This document shows, piece by piece, positions 9,146 to 18,247 of a stretch of DNA of 64,000 bases. The notes beneath the pieces are model-generated. The model ran no database searches and was not told the origin of the DNA. It saw only the letters and a program-made list of their open reading frames with translations. The translations under genes were made by a program, and so were the position numbers. Positions within the stretch are counted from its first letter, which is position 1. Every line of letters begins with the position of its first letter. Source of the stretch: a virus (taxonomy: Duplodnaviria > Caudoviricetes); IMG/VR virus record IMGVR_UViG_3300010149_000008; one strand, given 5' to 3'.

Positions 9146-9985
9146 ATGAAATTTATAGTATTTTTTTTGAGTTTATTATTATTAGCTTTTGACATTCCAA
9201 TTGAAAAGATAAAGTCTTCTTACGGTCATATAGAAGCTTATTATAAAGTTCAACCGAAACAAAGTTTGGATTGTGAAAATTGCTTTACATCGATGGAGGC
9301 TTTTCAAGAGATAAGATCAATAAACAAAAAGCTAATGCAAATGGCGTATGTCAAAGCTTCTTCTTTTATAGTTAAAAAGAAAAAATCAGAAACTATTTCT
9401 ATTACTTCTGAACATGTTTGCAAAGAATTAAGCGTCTTTTTAAGAGATCAAAAGTTCAAAGCTTTAGCAAAAGATTTGATGAAGACAATGGCAAAAACAT
9501 ATGCAGACAGTGCTTTATATTCAGAGATATACAGAACTTATGAAATCGTTCCAAAAGCTTATATATATTCTTTTGAAGGAGTAAAGCATGAAATAACATC
9601 GATAATACTCTCAGACAGTAAAATTGATACATGTGCAATTAAATCTTTAGGCGTCTGGGGAAAAGAAGTAACTTTTGCAAAGAGTGGTTGTTTATATGAA
9701 AAAATATTTAATATGTCTAGCTCAGGGGGATATTATCATAAAGGATCAGTAGCTCTAAGAGAAGGATATGTTAACGGAAGAGTTGAAGAGTTAAGAATAC
9801 AAGAAAGAAAGTTTAAAGAAGTAAATCTGTATACTTTGCTAGTTAAACCAGGCGCATCAGGATCTGCTGTATTCAATGTTAAAGGAGAAGTATGTGGATC
9901 AGTTAATATATCTTTTATAAAAGTTGATTTAAGTGCTGGTGCTTCTTATTCTGATCTAACTCAATTTTATAAACAATTGCGTTAA
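9146..9985 (+). CDS. Secreted trypsin-like (S1) serine protease
   Basis: Signal peptide; ITSEHVC (His), KIDTCAI (Asp), PGASGSAV (Ser). Confidence 0.8.
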   Translation: MKFIVFFLSLLLLAFDIPIEKIKSSYGHIEAYYKVQPKQSLDCENCFTSMEAFQEIRSINKKLMQMAYVKASSFIVKKKKSETISITSEHVCKELSVFLRDQKFKALAKDLMKTMAKTYADSALYSEIYRTYEIVPKAYIYSFEGVKHEITSIILSDSKIDTCAIKSLGVWGKEVTFAKSGCLYEKIFNMSSSGGYYHKGSVALREGYVNGRVEELRIQERKFKEVNLYTLLVKPGASGSAVFNVKGEVCGSVNISFIKVDLSAGASYSDLTQFYKQLR

Positions 9986-10133
9986 AATATTCTTCAACGT
10001 TCCAGTTATGTCTAGAAGATAAAAGATTTCCTTTTCTATCATAAACTGAGCTGCAAATCTTGCATTGAACAATATCACTATGAAACTTTAAAATAACAGC
10101 ACCACACTTACATTTTGTTAACATACTTTTCAC
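9915..10133 (-). CDS. Zn-ribbon hypothetical protein
   Basis: CKCG...CKIC. Confidence 0.5.
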   Translation of the reverse strand: MKSMLTKCKCGAVILKFHSDIVQCKICSSVYDRKGNLLSSRHNWNVEEYFNAIVYKIELDQNKKHQHLNQLL

Positions 10134-10217
10134 TCTTCCTTAGGATTAAATATTTCGTATAGATTGTTATCTATGTCACAGTCTTCATTGCTTATGAAAA
10201 AACACCATAAAAACATG

Positions 10218-10469
10218 TTATTTTACCTTTCTTGCGCAATTTTTTGAATTCTGTATTTGACTAACATTATGTCCATGAAGAACTAAAAGTCTGCATACTT
10301 TTATTAGACTACTAGCTTGATACTTTGATTTAATTTTACAGCTTTTCTTTACATTATGTATGCACTTATGATACGCTGGTTTTCTTTTTAAATTATTCGT
10401 ATTTAATCCATACTCAGCCAAAGCAGTTGCTGATATTGACAACGATAAAAAAACTATTAATTTCATCAT
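10218..10469 (-). CDS. Small secreted Cys-containing protein
   Basis: Signal peptide, 4 Cys. Confidence 0.55.
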   Translation of the reverse strand: MMKLIVFLSLSISATALAEYGLNTNNLKRKPAYHKCIHNVKKSCKIKSKYQASSLIKVCRLLVLHGHNVSQIQNSKNCARKVK

Positions 10470-10729
10470 TCTATATTCCAGTTTTTACCGGGTAGATTAT
10501 ATTCACCGTCATCTTCCTTAAATCTATTTTTAATATCAAACCTTTCAGCAACTGTCTGAGAAACATTGACAGCGACTTTGTGACTAGAAAAAGTTTTTGT
10601 AATTACTTTGTTTCTAAAAGTTACAGTAAGAAGATGATCATTACTTAAGTGCATTGTACCCCAATTTACGTTTGACCTTTTATGTAAATTATATCCTTCT
10701 TCTGTTTTCATCCAGATTAATCTTTTCAT
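10466..10729 (-). CDS. Hypothetical protein
   Basis: AAAGG RBS, 4-nt overlap. Confidence 0.55.
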   Translation of the reverse strand: MKRLIWMKTEEGYNLHKRSNVNWGTMHLSNDHLLTVTFRNKVITKTFSSHKVAVNVSQTVAERFDIKNRFKEDDGEYNLPGKNWNIE

Positions 10730-10775
10730 ATTATGAAACCTTTCACATTAATATTATTATAAAAACTAGCTGAGA

Positions 10776-11117
10776 TTAATAGTGTTCTTTAAAAAGACTG
10801 TCTACTAGCCCAGGCATAAAAAATTGTTTTGCATGTGTTAAACATGTAATTTCTTTATTGTATAAAGCTTTTTGTCTTGTTTTTTCTGAATATGCGTAAA
10901 ATGTTTTGCTTGACACATTAAAGCATATACTTTTGTAAGCCCCTCTACAATAGTTGTCTGATATTGTCCAGACATCATCATCCACATTGAATTTAACAAA
11001 AATACATTTATCACCTTGACTAAAAGATTTTCCGTGATTAAAAGCTAATTTTGCTAATTCTTTTATTCTTTGTGGTGGGCTTCCGAATTCTTTTATAGAC
11101 TTATTTTCAAAAATCAA
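10776..11117 (-). CDS. Hypothetical protein
   Basis: Downstream of promoter 11147-11176. Confidence 0.6.
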   Translation of the reverse strand: MIFENKSIKEFGSPPQRIKELAKLAFNHGKSFSQGDKCIFVKFNVDDDVWTISDNYCRGAYKSICFNVSSKTFYAYSEKTRQKALYNKEITCLTHAKQFFMPGLVDSLFKEHY

Positions 11118-11206
11118 ATTATTCTCTTTTTTGTTTAAGAAGATTAATTATATCAAAATTAAAACAATTCTACACGCTTAAATACTTTTAATTAAAACTA
11201 ATTATC

Positions 11207-11803
11207 TTAGCCCCAAGCACTTCCTTGTTTGTTTTTAAATGACTTTTTACTTTTTGAAGTAGCTGAATTACGTACGTCAGGCCATAAATAATATACTGTA
11301 TAACCATGTTCAGACTTATATACAGCTTTTTGTTTTCTACCGTTAATATCAATTTCTCCATAGTAATATTTTTGCGGGTCTCCTTGATAAGGTCCAGCTG
11401 GCCATGGTACGTCGAAGCTTCCATCATTACTGACACCTATGCCATTATTTATTCCAGCTTCGTATATTAAATCGTCTTCTGTCATTACAATATCACCAAC
11501 ATCAACATCACTGGGGAAGCCAGACATACCTTTGATATGCTTTGTTAGACTTTCAATTTCAATTTGATAACCATATTCTTCATTAATCATTTCTTCATCA
11601 CCATGCTGATCAAACCTGTCGTAGCAATAAAAAATATCTTTACCATGAATATCTTCTAACTCTTTCAACAAATCTTTTGCTTTTTTTGTAGGATTGTGTC
11701 TAGTTCTTGTTATAGATCCTCCTTGAGATTCGTTAACTTTACTTTTAAATTCGAACTTTCGCCATTCTTTTAAGATTTTTTTTGTCTCATTAGTTTTTTT
11801 CAT
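11207..11803 (-). CDS. Putative internal head protein with ILKEW leader and C-terminal FKNKQGSAWG tag
   Basis: N-term TKKILKEWRKF...VNES; C-term ...GSAWG-stop; upstream ATATTTATTATAGAAAG. Confidence 0.7.
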   Translation of the reverse strand: MKKTNETKKILKEWRKFEFKSKVNESQGGSITRTRHNPTKKAKDLLKELEDIHGKDIFYCYDRFDQHGDEEMINEEYGYQIEIESLTKHIKGMSGFPSDVDVGDIVMTEDDLIYEAGINNGIGVSNDGSFDVPWPAGPYQGDPQKYYYGEIDINGRKQKAVYKSEHGYTVYYLWPDVRNSATSKSKKSFKNKQGSAWG

Positions 11804-11820
11804 GTTGCATCCTTTATTTG

Positions 11821-11837
11821 CTTTCTATAATAAATAT
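11821..11837 (-). promoter_or_regulatory. Candidate late promoter element
   Basis: ATATTTATTATAGAAAG, identical to 39997-40013. Confidence 0.55.
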
Positions 11838-11840
11838 AAT

Positions 11841-12071
11841 CTATATATATAAAATTACGTATTTACCAAACCATATATCAAAAGTACTAATTAAATCTTC
11901 ATAGTTACTCATCTTCATTGTTTTGATAATATCTTCTATTATTATTTTGTCATAACCTAGCTGTTTTCCCAGGCTTTCAGCAAGTGACATCAAGTAATAT
12001 GCATTACCATTAGGCCCACTAAGGTCAACTTCTATGTGTCTGGCAGGTTTTTCTTCTATACTTTTAATCAT
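11841..12071 (-). CDS. Conserved phage hypothetical protein
   Basis: IEVDLSGPNGNAYYLM motif recalled from phage proteins. Confidence 0.65.
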   Translation of the reverse strand: MIKSIEEKPARHIEVDLSGPNGNAYYLMSLAESLGKQLGYDKIIIEDIIKTMKMSNYEDLISTFDIWFGKYVILYI

Positions 12072-12074
12072 ATT

Positions 12075-12338
12075 TCATTCCTTAAAGCTTATAAGTTTAA
12101 ACATGTCATTTGATTTGCTGCTAAATAACTCACTTGCATACACTGACTTAAATTTAATCTTTCTGTTATTTATTAAGAATACTAAAGACCTTTCTTTATA
12201 GGTTGCTCCAAAGTTATTATCTAAAACTAAAAGTATACTTCCTTCTTTTATTACTTTATGATTAAAATGATCTTGCCAAAAGTTAAAAGTTTTTTTAACA
12301 AACAACAAGTCGTTTTCTTTTACTTCGTTTATGATCAT
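12075..12338 (-). CDS. Hypothetical protein
   Basis: Operon packing. Confidence 0.55.
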   Translation of the reverse strand: MIINEVKENDLLFVKKTFNFWQDHFNHKVIKEGSILLVLDNNFGATYKERSLVFLINNRKIKFKSVYASELFSSKSNDMFKLISFKE

Positions 12339-12346
12339 AAAATTAT

Positions 12347-12613
12347 CTATTTAACTATAAAACTATTCTTGCCTTTTTTAAAGCTTTGATAAACTGATTT
12401 TTCTACTAAAGCCCAGTATTTTTTACAACTTACATTAGCAAACATTTTTTCTCTATTTCTATAATGATCTATACCATTAAGAAACTTAATGCAGCCTAAA
12501 GTTTTTACTTCTTTTTCAAAGACACCTATACATACAGCATAAACATAATCTTCTAACTCTAGACAGCTTTTTAGATAGTTTATTTCTCGAGAAAGCTGTT
12601 TATAATTATTCAA
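12347..12613 (-). CDS. Hypothetical protein
   Basis: AAGGAG RBS. Confidence 0.55.
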   Translation of the reverse strand: MNNYKQLSREINYLKSCLELEDYVYAVCIGVFEKEVKTLGCIKFLNGIDHYRNREKMFANVSCKKYWALVEKSVYQSFKKGKNSFIVK

Positions 12614-12699
12614 TACATATCTCCTTAATGTTATGTCAAATCTAATTAAACCTAAAATAGATAGTTATAGATATACTATGAAAAAGGTAATAGACGATT

Positions 12700-13443
12700 A
12701 TGAGAAAAGTCATTCAGACAAAAGAAGTTTTAAAAGAATGGAATTCTTTTTTAATAAAAGAATCAAATGCTGATAGAGTAAAAAGGATGATTGATGATCT
12801 AGAAAGCTTTGGAAAACAAATTCATATTACAGAGCCAAGTAAAAGCGTTATTGTAATTACTTATGGAAAAAATTACACTAGCGGTAATCGAGATGCATCA
12901 AAAAACTTATTTGGACAGATACGCTGTTCAGACACTTCAGCGTCATATGATGATAAACAAAAAGGCATTGGAGCAGGAGAAACAAACTCTTGTTGGGAAG
13001 TTGATTTAACTAGTCACACTACTAAGGGAATGGGTCCTTTGCTTTATGAAGTGCTTATTGAATATATTAGCAATATAAAAAGAGCTTCGCTTAAACCAGA
13101 TGCATCCTCAGTTTCTGATTTAGCAAAAAATGTGTGGAATAAGTTTAACGATAGACCGCAGAACGATGTTAAAAAAATTCAGTTAGATGTTGGTGAAAAA
13201 ACTGTATATAGATTTAAGAGATACAAAAACCAAGATGTTAAACAACTAACACCTGACAATGTTGAAGATGATACGATGCAGGATTCATCAATAAGAGACA
13301 AAGGTTTTGATGCTTGGGAAGAAAGTGCTTTAAGTAAAGCCTATAAAAAACTAGATATGCCGATTATAGATGAACTTAAAGCTAGAAATCTAATTATAAT
13401 GCCTAAAACATTTAAAAGCAAACTAGGCAGTGCATGGGGTTAA
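12700..13443 (+). CDS. GNAT-like putative internal head protein, paralogue 1, with C-terminal FKSKLGSAWG tag
   Basis: VLKEWNSFLIKES leader; KGMGPLLYEVLIEY (GNAT motif-A-like); QLD...LTP...DD shared with 45610 and 46323. Confidence 0.7.
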   Translation: MRKVIQTKEVLKEWNSFLIKESNADRVKRMIDDLESFGKQIHITEPSKSVIVITYGKNYTSGNRDASKNLFGQIRCSDTSASYDDKQKGIGAGETNSCWEVDLTSHTTKGMGPLLYEVLIEYISNIKRASLKPDASSVSDLAKNVWNKFNDRPQNDVKKIQLDVGEKTVYRFKRYKNQDVKQLTPDNVEDDTMQDSSIRDKGFDAWEESALSKAYKKLDMPIIDELKARNLIIMPKTFKSKLGSAWG

Positions 13444-13461
13444 TTTTAAGTGATATGAGAA

Positions 13462-14298
13462 TTAGTAATTTGTGATATAAAGATGATTAACTTTTCTTTG
13501 AACTTTATTTCTATCTTTAAAAGCAATATTGTAATTAAACTTATTGCTTTTAATGTTAAATTTCTGGTAAAGACTCTCATATAAAACATCTTCGCAGTGC
13601 ACAATCATCCAATTTGCATGCTTTATATTAGCTACCTCATGAAACAATTCAACGTGATGTCTATCATTCCACTCTTCAACAGGATATCCTGCCCTATTTC
13701 TGTAGGGAGGATCTATAAATATAAAGTTGTCTTTTTTGTCGTTTGCCCTAATACACTTTTTATAGTCTTCACAAGTTATAACTGTTTTGTTCTTTAGAAA
13801 GTCATGATGCTTTTGTGTTAGATTATTAGTAAACTTTTTATACCATCCATAGGGTACATTAAAGTTTTTTGTTTTTTCGTTGACTCTTAACATTCCGCTA
13901 AAGCATAGCTGTCTGATTATGAAAAAAGCGTATGCAGCTTCTGCTCTTTTAGAGTAATCTTTATTGTTTAAAATATCACGCTGCTTATAGAACTCGTCTT
14001 CCAGAGAATGTAGATTAGCTCTGTTTGGGTCATCTTTTCTAGCAAAGGGTATATTAGAATATGCATTTCTAATTAAACTGTCAATCTTTGAGTAATCGCT
14101 AGGGTCTGCTATCGCTTCGTAAAAATTACTAATGTCTTTGTCTAGATCGTTAATAACAGATTTTTTTTCCAAGTGAAAAGCAATTGCAGCGCTTCCTGCA
14201 AAAGGCTCTACTACAGTATCAATAGTTTGAGGAAGCAATTCTACAATTCTTTTAGTCTCTTGCTTTTTTCCACCTGGCCACTTAAACAACTTCTTCAT
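13462..14298 (-). CDS. N6-adenine DNA methyltransferase (Dam/D12, alpha class)
   Basis: KWPGGK, VEPFAGSAA, INDLD, FIDPPY. Confidence 0.92.
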   Translation of the reverse strand: MKKLFKWPGGKKQETKRIVELLPQTIDTVVEPFAGSAAIAFHLEKKSVINDLDKDISNFYEAIADPSDYSKIDSLIRNAYSNIPFARKDDPNRANLHSLEDEFYKQRDILNNKDYSKRAEAAYAFFIIRQLCFSGMLRVNEKTKNFNVPYGWYKKFTNNLTQKHHDFLKNKTVITCEDYKKCIRANDKKDNFIFIDPPYRNRAGYPVEEWNDRHHVELFHEVANIKHANWMIVHCEDVLYESLYQKFNIKSNKFNYNIAFKDRNKVQRKVNHLYITNY

Positions 14299-14992
14299 TT
14301 AATAAGCTTTCTAAAACACTTATGTGTTTTTTAATATTTGAAGTTAACTTAGTTTTTCCGTCTTTTTTAGTACGAGAAGCAAAATTATCTGTATCAAATC
14401 CCGGAAACATTTCTAAGAATTCTTTTGAACCAATCCTTACACAATCTTTATGAGTAATTTGATTTGAAATGTTTAATTCAACAAATGTTTTCCAATAACT
14501 TTGACTTTGATCACCAACAGTCAATATAACAAATTTATTACAACCAGACTTTTTAAATCTTTGAATATAATCGTCAGCTTTAAATTTACTGTCAAAAGTA
14601 CCATTTTCACCACCATTTTTAACTTCACAGTAAGTCTTGATGCCTGTTTCATTGTGTATTACTAAAACGTCAATATATGATTTTTTTTCTTTAGTTTTAC
14701 CATTACTATCTTTCATTGTATATTTGTTTAATACATGAGAAGTAGCTGTAAAATCTTTACAATATGTGTTTATTGTTTCTTCGATAATACTTTCTAAAGT
14801 AAAAGAGTTAGAAATATTTGAACCATGTATAAGTCCTCTTAAAGCATTACATAATTCAAGATCATTTGTTTCACTTAAGTAACATGAAAGAGAATTAAAC
14901 ATATCAATTCTCTTTTGTAGGTTTTCATTTGATATGTCGTAGTAACTTTTAACTTTAGTGTCGCTAGATGATGTTTTATTCCATTTATTCAT
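14282..14992 (-). CDS. Putative PD-(D/E)xK restriction endonuclease
   Basis: YIDVLV...YCEVKN motif; overlaps MTase start by 17 nt; own promoter. Confidence 0.5.
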   Translation of the reverse strand: MNKWNKTSSSDTKVKSYYDISNENLQKRIDMFNSLSCYLSETNDLELCNALRGLIHGSNISNSFTLESIIEETINTYCKDFTATSHVLNKYTMKDSNGKTKEKKSYIDVLVIHNETGIKTYCEVKNGGENGTFDSKFKADDYIQRFKKSGCNKFVILTVGDQSQSYWKTFVELNISNQITHKDCVRIGSKEFLEMFPGFDTDNFASRTKKDGKTKLTSNIKKHISVLESLLNEEVV

Positions 14993-15030
14993 GTTGTTTC
15001 CTTAAATATGTAGGTTTGTTGTTATGATTT

Positions 15031-15060
15031 ATTATATTACAATATTGATTATTTTACACG
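15031..15060 (-). promoter_or_regulatory. Early-type promoter for REase/MTase unit
   Basis: CGTGTAA-N17-TATAAT. Confidence 0.75.
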
Positions 15061-15183
15061 CAATTGTTTTTAAAAAGGATGTTTACTATAACAATTAAAT
15101 GCATGAGATAAATAGCATATTAACTTAGAGAAAATGTGTATTGCAGATAAAGAAAAACATAATAATGAGTTAGTAATCAAAAA

Positions 15184-15266
15184 TACCACCAGCCGGGATC
15201 GAACCGGCACGACATAATGTCGGGGGATTTTAAGTCCCCTGCGTCTACCTATTCCGCCATGATGGT
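15184..15266 (-). tRNA. tRNA-Leu(TAA)
   Basis: ACCATCA/TGGTGGT acceptor, GGGGA-CTTAAAA-TCCCC anticodon arm, long variable arm, GGTTCGATCC; no CCA. Confidence 0.95.
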
Positions 15267-15270
15267 GTAA

Positions 15271-15343
15271 AGCTAATAAAGGGACTCGAACCCTTAACCT
15301 GCTGATTACAAATCAGCTGCTCTGCCAATTGAGCTATATTAGC
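15271..15343 (-). tRNA. tRNA-Thr(TGT)
   Basis: GCTGA-TTTGTAA-TCAGC anticodon arm, GGTTCGAGTCC; no CCA. Confidence 0.95.
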
Positions 15344-15350
15344 GATATAG

Positions 15351-15422
15351 TACACCCGGTAGGATTTGAACCTACGACCAATGGCTTAGAAGGCCACTGC
15401 TCTTCCACTGAGCTACGAGTGC
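15351..15422 (-). tRNA. tRNA-Arg(TCT)
   Basis: GTGGC-CTTCTAA-GCCAT anticodon arm, GGTTCAAATCC; no CCA. Confidence 0.95.
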
Positions 15423-15449
15423 TTATTGAGCATTATATGATACTGTATT

Positions 15450-15614
15450 TTAAGTAAATAATTTATTTATAATGTAAATTAAAAAAATAGAAACAAACCC
15501 AGGAGTATAAAAAACAATGCAAAATCTGAAGGATAGGTTTAATACTTCAAGATAAGTTAACTTTTTATCTTTTATAATATAGTCTTTAATGTCATTTATT
15601 GTTTTTTTATACAT
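15450..15614 (-). CDS. Small hypothetical membrane protein (start shifted from track 15740)
   Basis: MYKKTIND... with hydrophobic C-terminus; the longer track version overlaps the next ORF. Confidence 0.45.
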   Translation of the reverse strand: MYKKTINDIKDYIIKDKKLTYLEVLNLSFRFCIVFYTPGFVSIFLIYIINKLFT

Positions 15615-15996
15615 GCTTTTTTTTCGGTATATGCTGAAATATAATGTATGGATACCACTGGTCTGCATATGAAGTACCAATTCTAAGCCATATGTGCTCA
15701 TCTTCAATATCTCTAAGAACGTAACCAGAAAATTCATCATCTATATCAGAATTAATATTTTCCATTCGTACTTTTGCTAAGTTTTTTTGCGCAATAAAAC
15801 TTTTGTTTTGATTAGCATCAGCGTAAAGCACGTAATCAAGCATGCTCCTGTATCCATCCATCTCATCTTCTACAGCTAACCACAATATATTGTCAAATTT
15901 AAAGGTATGTTCTTGTTCGTTTGCACCTTCGTAGTCTCCTACAACGCCAACGAGATTATGAAAGTGGTATAAAATTGATTTTTCTATACATTCCAT
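15607..15996 (-). CDS. Hypothetical protein
   Basis: 129-aa acidic ORF. Confidence 0.6.
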   Translation of the reverse strand: MECIEKSILYHFHNLVGVVGDYEGANEQEHTFKFDNILWLAVEDEMDGYRSMLDYVLYADANQNKSFIAQKNLAKVRMENINSDIDDEFSGYVLRDIEDEHIWLRIGTSYADQWYPYIIFQHIPKKKHV

Positions 15997-16317
15997 TTAA
16001 AGTGTTTCTTCGCTTTCTAGAGTAATTCTTTCAATCTCTTTTTTAAATGCATTGTTATATGAAATAGTATTGGTTTGCGGCATATTATCTATCAGCTGTA
16101 AAGACAATTCAGCATACTCAGTAGTTGCAATTACTGGAAATGTTAAAATTAGATTGTCATCTTCTATAAAAGACTGACAAAATCTACAAGTTAGTTTATC
16201 AAAAAATTGTTCAGGATCTATTTTTGTTTTATGCTTTTTATTAATAGCACTTATTGTTGAGTATATGATATTGTCAGAAAGTGTTGGATGTCTGTTGATC
16301 TTTAAACTTTTATTCAT
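15997..16317 (-). CDS. Hypothetical protein (true start 16317)
   Basis: GAGG RBS before MNKSLKIN; the track's extension runs through the tRNA. Confidence 0.6.
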   Translation of the reverse strand: MNKSLKINRHPTLSDNIIYSTISAINKKHKTKIDPEQFFDKLTCRFCQSFIEDDNLILTFPVIATTEYAELSLQLIDNMPQTNTISYNNAFKKEIERITLESEETL

Positions 16318-16346
16318 ATTTACCTCGTAAAATTTAAAATTATAAA

Positions 16347-16419
16347 TGGGCCCGGTGGGGATTGAACCCACGACCGGCCGATTATGAGTCGGATGCTCTA
16401 ACCACTGAGCTACAGGCCC
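16347..16419 (-). tRNA. tRNA-Ile2(CAT) (lysidine type; elongator Met less likely)
   Basis: GGGCCTGTAGCTCAGTGGTTAGAGCA-TCCGA-CTCATAA-TCGG, typical Ile2 body; no CCA. Confidence 0.9.
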
Positions 16420-16555
16420 GTAAGATATTGAGGTTCCCAACTTCCTCAACTAGACACAGCCTAAATGATCATTACTTCGATCACGCTTCCGCAACCACAA
16501 AATAGCATTCTGCTAGTAATGCATGCTAACTATAATGATGGTCTGTGTCCCCCAC
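16420..16555 (-). ncRNA. Candidate structured ncRNA upstream of tRNA-Ile2
   Basis: Nested complementary stems: GACACAG/CTGTGTC, TAGCAT/ATGCTA, TGATC/GATCA, TTGAGG/CCTCAA in an otherwise AT-rich spacer. Confidence 0.35.
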
Positions 16556-16568
16556 ATATTATATTTAA

Positions 16569-16949
16569 TTATCGAGGTGTTACTAAAATAGTATTTTCTC
16601 CGTTTGTATACACATTAGTAATTTCAGAGCTATCATAGTTTTCTGCTACTTGCTGAATTCTACGAAGTTGATCATTTAGTCTAAACAAAGGAGTAAACTG
16701 TGATGTTCCGTTTTGACGATAGTTGACCTTAGTATATCGGGTCTTTTTATGAGTTGTTGTTACTGTTGTTTCATTAGATCCTGTTTTGACGTTTTGCTCT
16801 GTTGTCTTAATAATTCTATGAACGTTTCCATTTCTATTAGCTGAGTAGTATACTCCTGGGTTTAGTGTATCCATAAACATTGTTGTTCCGTTTTCAATTT
16901 GTCTTGCAGTTGAATTTTCAATAAATCTATTAGTATTAAAGTTGCTCAT
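16569..16949 (-). CDS. Hypothetical protein
   Basis: AAAGGA RBS; TTGTAA-N17-TATAAT upstream. Confidence 0.7.
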   Translation of the reverse strand: MSNFNTNRFIENSTARQIENGTTMFMDTLNPGVYYSANRNGNVHRIIKTTEQNVKTGSNETTVTTTHKKTRYTKVNYRQNGTSQFTPLFRLNDQLRRIQQVAENYDSSEITNVYTNGENTILVTPR

Positions 16950-17021
16950 AAATAATTCCTTTTGTTTAATTGGTTAATGTTTCCATTATAACTGTGTTGT
17001 GTTTAATTTACAAAATTTAAT

Positions 17022-17240
17022 TTAACATACCATATCAGTAATATAGTACCACGGATATACGCTAGAACTCTCAAAAAGTTTGTGATCAATAAACTTAGCA
17101 GTCTCTTCTTCACTTAAACCTTTAGGCACTTCGATATACTCATTCTTTTGTAAAGCGTTGACGTTAATGATTTCTTCTTTGTTTGTTTCTTGCCAACAAA
17201 TAGATGAAATATAATAAAGTGATTGTTTTGAATTTTCCAT
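17022..17240 (-). CDS. Hypothetical protein
   Basis: Own promoter 17274-17303. Confidence 0.65.
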   Translation of the reverse strand: MENSKQSLYYISSICWQETNKEEIINVNALQKNEYIEVPKGLSEEETAKFIDHKLFESSSVYPWYYITDMVC

Positions 17241-17321
17241 TGTAAAATCCTTGTTGGTTGGTGTTGATATAGTATTATATAATTAATTTAATCTAAATTA
17301 CACTTGATAAGACATATTATA

Positions 17322-17618
17322 TTATAATACATCTAACCATCGAGAACAAACTATAAAGAATTCTTTATCTTTTGTTTTCATTAAGATTGCTCTTTTTTTA
17401 TTTCTATTATGTATACACATAATTATTTGAGCAGTCTTATCTTTTGTTTTAACTGACGCAATGTTTATAAAACTTTTTCTCAGTTCAGACTTACAAAAAT
17501 CGATGTTTTCTTGAGACTTATCGAGACAATACAAGTCTTTACTACTTAAAGCAATTTCAGCTGAAGTCAATTGACTTTTTGTAAGATCAGATGTTGATAA
17601 TTTTTTAAACTTGCACAA
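17322..17618 (-). CDS. Hypothetical protein
   Basis: Co-oriented ORF. Confidence 0.55.
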   Translation of the reverse strand: MCKFKKLSTSDLTKSQLTSAEIALSSKDLYCLDKSQENIDFCKSELRKSFINIASVKTKDKTAQIIMCIHNRNKKRAILMKTKDKEFFIVCSRWLDVL

Positions 17619-17902
17619 TGTTGTTGCCTAGCTTTTCAATTTTTGTTTTTTACGTTGATAAATATAACATGATCAGACATGTCATAATGTTGTACTTTAA
17701 CATCTTTATTACTGTTTAAATCATTTTTATCATAAACGTAAATAGAATTTAAACATAAAAATGCTGTTAGCGTTGTTATGACGCAATAAAAAGTTTTCAT
17801 ATTTCCCTCTTTTAAATTTTCATAATGAACTTTAATTATATTATACCACAGTTTTTTAAAACAATTTTTAAAATATACTGATTTTTTAAAGCTTAGCTTT
17901 TA

Positions 17903-18211
17903 TCAAGCGTTAAGCTGAGAGCCATTGTGAATTAAAAACTTATTGTCAATATGTCTGACTAATACTTCATTATAATAAAACTCTTCTATCTCAGATTTTG
18001 GATTTAAAATCTTCAATTCACAAGATCCTTCTTCTACTTCGAAGTTAAAAACCAAGCTACATTCAACAACCCCCACTGCTCTACTATTGTAAACAAAATT
18101 AAAATAATTTGAAAGATCATTTGAAAACATATCAGAAAGATTCATATCTATTTCTATCATGTCTTCTATTTCAATTGCGTAATCTGCAATTTCGTGGTCT
18201 GAATTGAACAT
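17903..18211 (-). CDS. Hypothetical acidic protein
   Basis: AAGGA RBS. Confidence 0.6.
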   Translation of the reverse strand: MFNSDHEIADYAIEIEDMIEIDMNLSDMFSNDLSNYFNFVYNSRAVGVVECSLVFNFEVEEGSCELKILNPKSEIEEFYYNEVLVRHIDNKFLIHNGSQLNA

Positions 18212-18247
18212 ACTTTATCCTTTAATTGCTTTATATTAAAAAAATGT

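Noticed and set aside
16318-16449. N-terminal extension of ORF 15997..16449
   Set aside because: It translates straight through tRNA-Ile2; a GAGG RBS supports a start at 16317.
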